A stretch of 64,000 bases of DNA from Octopus sinensis (lineage: Eukaryota), in contig NC_043002.1 in assembly GCF_006345805.1 (NCBI RefSeq), forward strand, positions 5,704,001-5,768,000. The letters are read 5' to 3'. Of the stretch, positions 24,110 to 34,859 are shown in pieces (positions within the stretch are counted from its first letter, which is position 1; each line of letters opens with the position of its first letter). Under the pieces are notes generated by a model. That model was not told where the DNA came from. It made no database searches and saw only the letters and a list, made by a program, of their open reading frames with translations. The position numbers and the translations under genes were made by a program.

Positions 24110-24530
24110 TTGCAGCGTGGAAGGTGTTTGTAAGCCATTTAAGAAACACACAAAAACCGTTACATTCACTTCAACATTTAAATTTAATTTGCCAAAATAT
24201 TTTCGTCGCTTTGAGACCGCGACCTGTTCACTGACAAAAATATCGTGCTAACAGGTCGCGGTCTCAAAGCGATGAAAATATTTTGACAAATTAAATTTAA
24301 ATGTTGAAGTGAATCTAACGGTTTTTGTGTGTTTCTTAAATGGCTTATAAACACCTTCAACGCTGCAACTGTTTTCGTTCCAGCACACGATCTCAGATCA
24401 AGTCACTTGCTATGCAAGTACATCTCTGTAACTATATATATATTTATATATATATATATATGTATATTGGTAAAAACAGTAAGATAACAAAAGAAAGAAA
24501 GAGACCTCAATATTATGTAAATAGAGGAAA
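24110..24530. mobile_element. Penelope-like fragment with a 119 bp inverted duplication
   Basis: Arms 24110-24228 and 24250-24368 around a 21 nt loop; the right arm continues into unique sequence that is cut by the Helitron at 24531. Penelope assignment is from recall. Confidence 0.55.
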
Positions 24531-24925
24531 TCTTTATATATAAAAGTGAGGTTGTGTGTCTGTCTCCTACGATTTAGATTCCTAACTACTCCCACATTTT
24601 GCGGTGCAGTTTAACCAAAACCGGGTATCTTATAGTCGTGATTCATATCGAGACCGTCTGGGTATTAGCGCGCGTCTACGATGAGTCTACGATTTAAAAA
24701 AAAATTTACCATCAATTTTTCCCATTTTTAATCCATTTTTGACATATATAAGGGAAGTAACTCTCTAAAATTTATTATTAAATCTCAGAACGTAAAAAGC
24801 TACAGTAACACCCCTCCCCCTTTGTGGTTAGCCATATTGAGATGGCTATTATACTTTACATCTCTAAAAATGCTTATATAATTATTTCCCTTACAAACCC
24901 GAGCAACGCCGGGCGATACTGCTAG
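24531..24925 (+). mobile_element. Non-autonomous Helitron family 1
   Basis: A|TCTTTATATATAAAAG ... AAACCCGAGCAACGCCGGGCGATACTGCTAG|T. Confidence 0.88.
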
Positions 24926-25144
24926 TTATTATTATAAAAGTGGTGAACTAGCAGAATTGTAAGCACATTGGCTAAAATGTTTTATGGCAATTCATGTATT
25001 TATGTTCTATATTGTATTTGCTTATGTATTATGTAATATATATATATGAGTAAAATGGTAGGATTTAAACATATTAAGCCTTTCTTTTTCCTCTCGAGGC
25101 TCTTCTTCTCTTCTTTTCTTTTCTTTTATGAATTTATTTTTCAT

Positions 25145-25260
25145 CACTCTGAGGAAGCTCCATGTTCCAGATTGGATTTATTACCAATTTTGAATTTTGT
25201 TTTTAGAATATCAATGGCAATACAATATAATATTGGAGGCAGAAACAGCTGTTAAATGGG
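25145..25260 (+). ncRNA. Degenerate hammerhead-like motif
   Basis: CTGAGGA (25149) + A-GCTCCA ... TGGAGGC-A + GAAA CAGCTG TT (25242-25253). Stem I and the cleavage triplet are decayed. Confidence 0.35.
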
Positions 25261-25571
25261 ATACAATCTATTTGTATTTAATTAAAAAATAATAATTGAT
25301 GTAAGTCAATTGTTGCTGGTCAATTTTTCTCCATTTTCTGTTTACTTTAAATTTGAACCCTGATAAACTCGTGTTTATCTTTGTCATTACCTGTAACCTA
25401 TGAGTATGATATGCTTGCATATGCATGTCCAGGGTTAACATACGTAATTATACTGGACTGTATATATATATATAACTTACTTGTGAAAGGATGAGTGGCA
25501 TTCAATCATATAAATAATATATAGATATATGCATATATACATACATATATGTAGATACCTACATATATATG

Positions 25572-26031
25572 TATATATACAGGCATATATGGGTACAGGA
25601 CATAAAAGACATTGAACACAATGAGAAACGCAAACAGAAAAACAAAAACATAGAAACAAACATTTTGGGGGGAACAAAGAATAAAAAACAGAGAAACGTG
25701 ACATGCAACATAAAGAATAGCCCTCACCATTTGTTCTTACTGTCCTGTTCTTGCTACCACTTTAACCCTCCGCAAAAAATTCCAAATTTTATTTCATTTG
25801 TTTTGTGGGAAGGACTGTTTCAATGAAGTCACGTATTGTCCTTGCCTTCGGATGCAGAGTAAATGAAACAGGGACAACTGAAGAAGGGGAATATTCTTTA
25901 TGTTGCATGTCTCGTTTCTGTTTTTTCGTTGTTCCCCAAAAAGTTCGGTTCCATGTTTTTGTTTTTATGTTTTCGTTTCTCATTGTGTTCAGGGTTTTTT
26001 TTGTGTTCTGTATCCATATATGCATGTATAT
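25572..26031. repeat. Diverged inverted repeat (about 165 bp arms, about 130 bp spacer), probably Penelope-like
   Basis: GACATGCAACATAAAGAATA (about 25700) pairs with TATTCTTTATGTTGCATGTC (about 25890); flanking segments also pair with mismatches. Confidence 0.7.
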
Positions 26032-26997
26032 AACAGCCATGCTACATGGCAGTGAAACATGGGCCATGACTGCTGAGGACATGCGTAAGCTCGCGAGAAA
26101 TGAAGCCAGTATGCTCCGATAGATGTGTAATGTCAGTGTGCATGCTCGACAGAGTGTTAGTACCCTGAGAGAAATGTTGGACCTAAGGAGCATCAGTTGT
26201 GGTGTGCAAGAGAGACAATTGCGCTGGTATGGTCATGTGGCGAAAATGGATGAAGATAGGTGTGTGAAAAAGTGCCAATCCCTAGCAGTTGAGGGAACCC
26301 GTGGAAGAGGTAGACCCAGGAAAACTTGGGACGAGGTGGTGAAGCACAACCTTCGAACTTTAGGTCTCACTGAGGAAATGACCTGCGACCGAGACCTTTG
26401 GAAGTATGCTGTGCGTGAAAAGACCAGGCAGGACAAGTCAGTCCAGCCCACTTATGCATGCCTTTCCTCCCTTGGACACACAAAGACCTGTTGAGGCAAG
26501 CGAAGTCGATATCGAACCTCATTGTTGAGGCAAGTGAAATCGAAATCGGAATCGAAATTGAACCAATCCTATGACTGGAACCTGGCAGATGCCAGGACCC
26601 CTGGACTGGAGATACGTAAAAAGCACTATCCGAATCGTGGCCAATGCCAGTGCCGCCTCGACTGGCTTCCATGTCAGTGGCACGTAAAAAGCACCATCCG
26701 AATTGTGGCCGAAGCCAGTGCCGCCTCGATTGGCTTCCATGCAGGTGGCACGTAAAATGCACCAATCCGACTGTGGCCGATGCCAGCCTCGCCTGGCTCC
26801 AGTGCAGGTGGCACGTAAAAAGCACCCACTACACTCACGGAGTGGTTGGCGTTAGGAAGGGCATCCAACTGTAGAAACATTGCCAGATAAGACCGGAGCC
26901 TGGTGCAGCCTCCTGGCTTCCCAGATCCCCGGTCGAACCGTCCAACCCATGCTAGCATGGAGAACGGATGTTAAACGATGATGATGATGATGATGAT
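26031..26997 (+). mobile_element. RTE-clade LINE 3' fragment with full 3'UTR and (GAT)n tail
   Basis: TAMLHGSETWAMT..NEASMLR*...RQLRWYGHVAKMDE..GRGRPRKTWDEVV; 3'UTR with GTGGCACGTAAAAAGCACC repeats. Confidence 0.9.
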
Positions 26998-27059
26998 ATG
27001 CATATATTTATATTATTATATGATTGAACGCCATGCATCCTTTTCCAAGTAAGTTTTAT

Positions 27060-27330
27060 CTTGACTGGCTTCCATACCAGTGGCACGTAAAAAGCACCAA
27101 CCGATCATGGCCGTTGCCAGTCTCCCCTGGCATCTGTGCCGGTGGCACGTAAAAAGCACCCACTACACTTACGGAGTGGTTAGCGTTAGGAAGGGCATCA
27201 AGCTGTAGAAACACTGCCAGATCAGACTGGAGCCTGGTGCAGCCTCCTGGCTTCCCAGACCCCGGTTGAACCATCCAACCCATGACAGCATGGAAAGCAG
27301 ACGTTAAACGATGATGATGATGATGATGAT
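27060..27330 (+). mobile_element. RTE 3'UTR-only copy (family C)
   Basis: GTGGCACGTAAAAAGCACC x2, GCGTTAGGAAGGGCATC, CATGACAGCATGGAAAG, (GAT)n tail. Confidence 0.85.
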
Positions 27331-27999
27331 ATATACACATGAATTTACATTCAGCGTCCAACCCATGCCAGCATGGAAGTGGACGTTAAACAATGGTGTA
27401 TATAATTGGTAGTGCCTGTTCACCATATTTGGCTACCTAATTATTTATAAGAGATGGATTCTTCATTGAATATCAGTTCTTTGTATAGATGTGCAGCATA
27501 CCACAACTACTAAAATGGATTGTTATACAAATAAGCAGCAAATGGCAAATAAAAGACAAGCTACCTTCTGACAAGTCACCAGAGGAGACACATCTGCATC
27601 TTTGGTACACCCCAATTGTTTGTACATCTCACTCCATGATGGTTTCAAGTGATTCTAGGGAGTAAAGAGTCTCAGGAATTATAAAAGCATTGGGCTGGCA
27701 AAATTGCTTGTGTTGGCCAAAATGCTCAACAGCATTTTTTCTAACTCTACGTTCCGAGAGCAAATTCTACTGAAGTTCACTGCTTTTCTGATTTGGTAAA
27801 ATAAGTACCAGCTGAGCACCTGGATCAATGTAATTGACTAACCGCCTCCCCTTAAATTGCTGGCCTTGTGCCAAAATTTGAACCAAGATATATAAAAAAA
27901 TGTTGAAAATATACTTGGAATCAAGATTTAACCAGTCTCACAATTTCATAGTTTTCCAAGTAGTGTGAGGTTGATGGGCTGGAGCTATGCCACAACCTA

Positions 28000-28390
28000 T
28001 TTCTTTGCTACCCACAATGGGTTAAACACAGAGAGGATAGACAGATTAAGTCAATTATATCGATCCCAGTGCGTAACTGGTACTTAATTCATTGACCCCA
28101 AAAGGATGAAAGGCAAAGCTGACCTCGGCGGAATTTGAACTCAGAATGTAACTGCAGACGAAATACCTATTTCTTTACTACCCACAAGGGGCAAAACGCA
28201 GGGAGAACAAACAAGGACAGACAAACGGATTAAGTCGATTACATCGATCCCAGTGCGTAACTGGTACTTAATTTATCGACCCCGAAAGGATGAAAGGCAA
28301 AGTCGGCCTCGGCGGAATTTGAACTCAGAACGTAGCGGCAGACGAAATACGGCTATGCATTTCGCCCGGTGTGCTGTTTCTGCCAGCTCG
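28000..28390 (-). mobile_element. Two adjacent SINE family A copies
   Basis: Reverse complement of family A at about 28000-28165 and 28165-28390. Confidence 0.8.
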
Positions 28391-28832
28391 CTGCAACCAT
28401 CTTCCCTATGACCACAGTTTGAAAATTCACACTTTTTGGCGGGAGGAAAGATGGTAGCACAATTATAGCACTAATTACAGTCTGATTTGTTGACCATGGT
28501 CACAAGGTCAAGTTTTTAATTTGATTAGTTCTCCTGGCATCTACACATTTGGGTCATATGACTGTATGAATGTAAATTCTGCCAAAGATTAAGGCTACAT
28601 TAACAGAAACCCTATTATTGAGTCATCTGATGTACAAACTCTCTAGACTAGTATCCCTCATGAAAATTAACCAGAAACAGTAGAATTCTAGCCTGAAAAA
28701 TTCCGTTATTTAAGACCGAATAAAAAAAAAAGAGATTAATTAATAAAGGAAGGGTCTCTCTTATTGGTAATCAGAGCATTTCAGTTATCACATCTGCATT
28801 CTCATTTGTCTAGTAAAACTTAACAGGAGCAT

Positions 28833-29500
28833 TAATCTTTAGTGTTTGAACAAGTCACATCTGGCCCAAATATTCTGTTTTATGTTCAAGCTGGTATAAA
28901 TTGTAGAACTGAATTCAAATAGACCCAAGGTGGACACCGCCGGCAACAGCATACACCTCACCTCGATGCTCCTACTGAACATCAGAGGACTGCTAACACT
29001 CAGTAACAGGACAAAAATCCCGTTCTTGAGAGACTTTCTTGCATGCAATCAAGCCTTATGCATAGCACTTACGGAAACACACCTGAAACCGGACATAGCA
29101 GATGCGGAATTACACATACCACAGTACGTTGTACTACGGACTGACAGAAAAGAAAGGAGTCATGGAGGAGTTGCTATGTACATCCGTGAGGACCTCACAC
29201 CCCAGGTCCTTTTGTCATACTCAAACTCGGTGTGTGACACACTAATTGTACATATAAGGCAACTTGATGTAGTTGTGTGTGCTACATATCGCCCTCCAGA
29301 TGCCCCAAGCCATGTAGGTAAGTTTGAAGACTGCCTTATAAAAATAGAAGTTTTAATCACATTAGAACAACACATAACTGATATTCTAAAAATAAACAAT
29401 AACATTGAAATTTCAAATCTACAAGATAAATTGTGATTAATTCAAAAGAATGTGAATAAACGTTACACTCGACAGAGCAATCTGAATGCTAAGAGGTCAA
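28833..29500 (+). mobile_element. piggyBac-like MITE containing a LINE APE-endonuclease fragment
   Basis: Ends TTAATCTTTAG..GGCCCAAATATTCT and ..AATCTGAATGCTAAGAGGTCAA match the uninterrupted element at 59205-59421. The interior (about 28900-29360) encodes LLNIRGL, IALTETHL, HGGVAMYIRE, YRPPD. Confidence 0.65.
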
Positions 29501-30569
29501 GATGATAAAACAAGCGTGCACAGCAAGGTAGGAATAATAAGAAAACACTTTATGTACAAAAATAGGATTTTATTTTCTTCTTTTATTCCTGTAAAAAGAA
29601 ATTATCAATTATATACATATTTATTTTTTAAAAAATCAATGAGGAAACCAAAAAAATGAGATCAATCTTTATTCTTTTCCCCCACTTTTTTCCATTTCTT
29701 CTAACAAAAAAAAAATAAAACCAAATGGATGTAAAATGTAAAACTAATGTAAATTTAGTTTCAAATAAATGATATCTGTGATAAATGGAAATGAAACAAG
29801 GTGGTGAGAGCAATATAATGGACCCAATGCAAACTGGTAGGCTTTTGAGGTCCCCCTAAACCATTAAGTCCTTGTTTTATAAACAACATTTACTGCTAAT
29901 CTCACTTTTACATGGTAAATGAAACTCAGTAGGGTTGGTGTCTAAACAAAATAATCCTTTCATGACCAACACTTTTCCTTTAAATTAAACTTAAAACTAA
30001 ATACTTATAAAATACCTTAATTCCTAACATTTGACACTTCACTATTCCTTTTGTAAAGATTTAACATCCTTCGTGGACAATTAAGGAATGAAAGAAGAAA
30101 ATACTGATTAAAAAACCAATTTATACCAAAAGGAAAAAAACCAAAACAAGGAAACAAAGTCCTCTAACTATTCGGAGACTCTCTCTAAAAAGAACAATAA
30201 AAGCATTTGGCATCACAAATAGAGAAGAGATAAAATAGAGACCATGACCTACAATCGAATTCTAGTCTTTAGATTGTCTGATATTGTTTAGGTCTGAGCA
30301 GATAAATCTATGATTAAAGCCATGACTCTACTGTCTTGTTTTCAGAGATCATATATCCAGGGTCCAACCTTTTCTAAAACAGCAGAGTGTAATTTGGGAG
30401 TGATATGGTTGCTATTTCTTGCAAGTAAGGTTTTCCTTTTTTTTGTTTTAATCTTTTAAATAGGGATAAAAGCAGTGCCCATGACCATTTACCAGGACCA
30501 GGTGGTAAAGATCCACTGTTGATTCAAAACTATTTGATACATTTGAAAGGCAAATTAATAATATAATGC

Positions 30570-30872
30570 AAACTGATGTGGCATGTGAAACATTCGAGTG
30601 AGGTCGTCACCAGTGCCGCTGGACTGGCTCCTGTGCAGGTGGCACGTAAAAAGCACCATTTGGGCATGGCCGTTGCCAGTACCACCAAACTGGCCCTTGT
30701 GCCGGTGGCACATAAAAGCACCCACTACACTCTCGGAGTGGTTGGCGTTAGGAAGGGCATCCAGCTGTAGAAACTGCCAGATCAGATTGGAGTCTGGTTC
30801 GCCAGACCTCAGTCAAATCGTCCAACCCATGCTAGCATGGAAAGCGGACGTTAAATGATGATGATGATGATG
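30570..30872 (+). mobile_element. RTE 3'UTR-derived copy (family C2)
   Basis: Hairpin repeats, GGCGTTAGGAAGGGCATCC, CAGACCTCAGTCAAATCGTCCAACC, (GAT)n tail. Confidence 0.85.
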
Positions 30873-32109
30873 AGTAATAACAGAGAAAAAGCTTTGAATA
30901 AATTCAATTTACATAATGAAACCCATTTAATTAGACACCAAAATGTAAATAAAAAATAACCTATTAAATTGAATTGAGATTTTCATTTCGATATAGTTTG
31001 ATTTGTCTTTGTCCCTAAATACTGAAACAGACTATTCTGAAATGAGGCAGATTATTTTGTTTATTCTATTTTAGATCACAGGGAAACCTATAAGATAGTT
31101 TAGTTAAATGCATCGTAACGCAATCACAGGAACATCCTTCACTTTTACATTGCATAGAAAAACTTTCTTTTTCTAACCACATTACTTTCACATAAATATT
31201 TTATAAAATGAAAAAAACAGATCCATTAACCTTCAGAAATCCTAACAATAAAATTAAGATTCAGATAAAAAGAAGAGAAAGATCAGAAATGACAAATGCA
31301 AGATAAACAAGAGATAATATTTGCACAGGAAGAAGATTTTGCTTCGATATAGATTTCACAAGCCCAATGCCAAAGTAAGTTTCAATGTTATTCAGAAATT
31401 GCAGGCCCGTGCTAACAATGCATAGAATAACTGTTGAAGGTTGGCCCTAATTGGCAAAGGGTAGTACAAAATCAGGAGAACAGGAGCCAGCAAGGGAAGT
31501 TGAACAGTAAGTAAATCATACTATTATTACTGTCACAACTACTGATACCAAAATTGTTTGAATGACCTTGAGAATACAAATAAATAAGTACACACAATGT
31601 TTATGTCTGTTTTTCCATGATAGCATGGGTTAGACAAATATGTCACTGAGGTGTTTGGCAGCCCTTTCTGTTGCTAATCCTTACCCGTTTTCAAGGAAGG
31701 GATCACTTATTCCACTTTGCTTTGAAGATATGATGCAAATGGACAATTTGTTGATAGAATTGGTGACATCATTACCAATTACAGACAGCAACTTTTGTAG
31801 AAGCAAGCACAATAAATGAAAGCACACACTAATGCAAGTGTACAGACACACAGACAGATATGACAAACTTTTTCCAGTTTTCGCCTACTTAATCTATTCA
31901 TGGGGCTTTGGTCTGCCTGAGACTATAGTAGAAGATACTTGCCCAGGGTGCCATATTGTAGAACTGAATTCAAAGTCATGTGTGACAGAGAATCAAACTT
32001 CTTAACCACACTGCTATGCTTGCAAACTCAAATTAAGTAAGTAAAAACAAATATTATAAATAATAAAAATTGGTGAGATCATAAACTAAACATGGTCAGT
32101 GATGACAAT

Positions 32110-32480
32110 GTTGTCAGCATCCTCTGGGATATGCTCATCCACATTGGCAGAAAGAAAAAAGCCAAAAAGCCACGGGACAGAATATTTATACTTTTTCAAC
32201 AGTGCAATACTTTCTGAAAGAAACACCTCCATGGGAGTCAGAGACAGTGATCGAATAGAAATGACTGGAGATCAGATCAAAAAGATGTGGAATATGAAGA
32301 CCAAAATAATATCAGGTCACAAAGAGCACTAGGACTCATGAAGAAGAGAATGGAAAAGTTCAGCAACAGAATCTCTGGCAAAAATCAACATCAACACAGA
32401 TCAAACAACCTGGAGCAGTTCACACACTACAGAGAGTGCTGTCATTCAAGAGACATTTTTTCTCTAGTACCTCAGGTCCA
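32110..32480 (+). mobile_element. Older Dong/R4-like C-terminal remnant
   Basis: ILWDMLIH, IKKMWNMKTKII, ALGLMKKRMEKF, HTLQRVLS across frameshifts; followed by a TAA-rich tract at 32530-32590. Confidence 0.6.
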
Positions 32481-33420
32481 TAGGGTGGACCTGGTCCTAC
32501 AATATATAAAACAGGAAATACAAAAGGAATAATAACAATAACAACAGAATAATAATAATGATAATAGCAACAAGAACAATAATGAAGAGAAACAAATATG
32601 TACAGCAAAATAATTATATATCAATCTGTTATATAAAAGAAACAAGAAAAATATTTTATGAAATGTAAAAATTCAACCAAATCTACATGTATGATCGAAA
32701 GATATACAAGATTAAAAATTGCATCATTAAAATAAAATGAAGTGATTAGGCTACAAATGAGGATTAAAATTTGTCTTACAAATTCTTGTTCTATAAAACT
32801 TGTAATATCTTCAAAATTAACAACAGCACTTAATTAATTTGCTCGCTGATTTAACAATTTTCAACATTTGGCTTACTTTAGACAATGCACACAAATACAT
32901 ACATCACACACAGATCTACATACAGAAACTAGTGATTGTGTGGTCTATCAACTTGTGAGAAATAGCAGCTAAATCTCCCTCAAATTATCCCCTAAAAAAT
33001 CATGGCTGCAATCCCTTTAATCGAAGGTTTGTTCAGTCTGGTACTAATCACAACAATAAATGAAATCGAAAATGCTACCTAATTTAAATTTCCTTCTTAA
33101 AAGCAAAAATACTTGCACTGTTTTGATTTTAATATTTGAACTTTAAAACAATTCTAGGAAAATATGACTAGATTTCACGCCAGCATGGGTTAGAAGAGTC
33201 TGCAAATGTCCATTCACTACCACACACACATTCATACAAATGATGATGATGATTGAGATACATATATATGACAGAAAATGCTATTATTTGATAAAAATGC
33301 TAATGAAAATGATTTCATAATTACAACAATCATAATACAGAAAATTTAACCCCACACTAATCTAAATATTAACAGATTCATTTTACAAAATAAACATACT
33401 CTTCTCAACACAACAGCATG

Positions 33421-33460
<40 letters not shown>

Positions 33461-34746
33461 AACAAATGTTCATACACTCCAACTTTTCAGATATTTATGT
33501 GTGAGTGTGTGAGAGAGAGATTCAAGCACAAAATTAAAAGGCTTATAGTACATCAATATATTCCTTTGAATTTTGAATAATCATTTTTTTTATTGTGGTT
33601 TGACGAAGCAAATAATTCAATGAAATTGAAAAATTAGCTCAGCAAAAATTGACAAACGGCCAATAACAAATAAAAAAAAAAAAATCAAAGCATGAATACA
33701 ATATAAATCCTTTTGAAATAAAACTAACTCATGAATATCTAATGCTTAAAAATATATATGTAAATATATAGATATATATATATCACATTTCACATCCAGC
33801 ACTTCATAAAAAAATAGATTAAAAAATATTTTATTTCTTATATATGTACACACATACACACATTTTTATTGTTAAATTTTCAGCGTTGTCAATAACATTC
33901 TTACAAAGTTGTTTCCTGTCTGCATTTGTTTTGAAAATGCATTCTGATGTTTTATGAAGATGACTAAAAGAGAAGAGTGACTAGGAACCTGTTGAGAGGC
34001 AGTTCATAAATGCAAGTGAAAGCTTCAGGATTGAAATCTATAAATTGCAAACATTTTAATTTAAATTTTAAGGCATTAATTAATACTCAGCACAATATTC
34101 TTGATCTTACAGGATGCTAAACACTCTTTTGATTACCTCACCTTCTTCAAACGATAACTAAGTCGGTCTATAAGTAAAACTAAATACCACAGAACATTTC
34201 TCTTACTGTTGATAAACAGGCACCTATTTAAACTTTAGCAATGTAATGGGTAAGAGAGACATCTCAATTAAAAAAACAATCATTGCTTTATTTTAACTTT
34301 TTTTTCTTTTCTTTTTTTTTTTTTTAGAACTGAGATATTCTTTTTCTGCCCAAGAATTTATTCCAGAAATATAAGTTACATATTCAGAAACTTAAGAGTT
34401 TCGCTTCAGTCAAGTAACCTGAATAAATTAAAAGAGAGAGAAAGGGGGAGAGGAGAGAGAGAAAGAGAGAAAGAAAAAGAAGAGAGATTAAAGGAAAGAG
34501 GGGGGGTCAGCAAGAAGATAGAGAGAGATTATACATAGTCAAGTCCTTTCCTCAGATGCTAAGCAAACATTACCGACATGTTGGTCACCTGGAGGAAAAA
34601 CAGTAAATAATCTCAAAGAATAGAACTTAGTTAACTGTATTGTTTAAACAAGTTATTCAGGTTATTTTCATCACTCTCAGTTAAGTTTGTATTCTTTGTT
34701 CTTTACATTTTTTTTTTACTAATCCAGTAATCCATGATCCACACAT

Positions 34747-34859
34747 TCAACCATACTGCTCTTTATCTTTCAACACTTCTTGTTGTCGCTTTAAAATGGC
34801 AGCATTCATTTCTTGAATACGTTGAATTTTTCGATCAAGTTCACTTTCCTTTGAACAAT
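34747..34859 (-). CDS. Host gene terminal coding exon (DCSKESELDRKIQRIQEMNAAILKRQQEVLKDKEQYG*)
   Basis: Acceptor TTTTTTGTCTTATTCAG, phase 1 matching the upstream exon, open to TGA at 34749-34747; helical or coiled-coil composition. Confidence 0.8.

Noticed and set aside
24215-24275. Hammerhead in the 24.1-24.4 kb hairpin
   Set aside because: GTGAACAG...CAAAG does not match the CUGANGA/GAAA core.
26590-26830. Regularly spaced palindromic repeats resembling a CRISPR array
   Set aside because: The spacers are related to one another, the array lies in an RTE 3'UTR and recurs in many dispersed copies, the context is eukaryotic and no cas genes are present.
26367-26958. ORFs such as MLAWVGRFD... 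and MSVFHASMGW... that recur many times
   Set aside because: Recurrent translations of the non-coding RTE 3'UTR family, not a protein family.
31330-31375. Plus-strand 46 nt exon candidate (KKILLRYRFHKPNAK) with GTAAGT donor
   Set aside because: Purine-rich acceptor region, no partner exons and no recognisable peptide.
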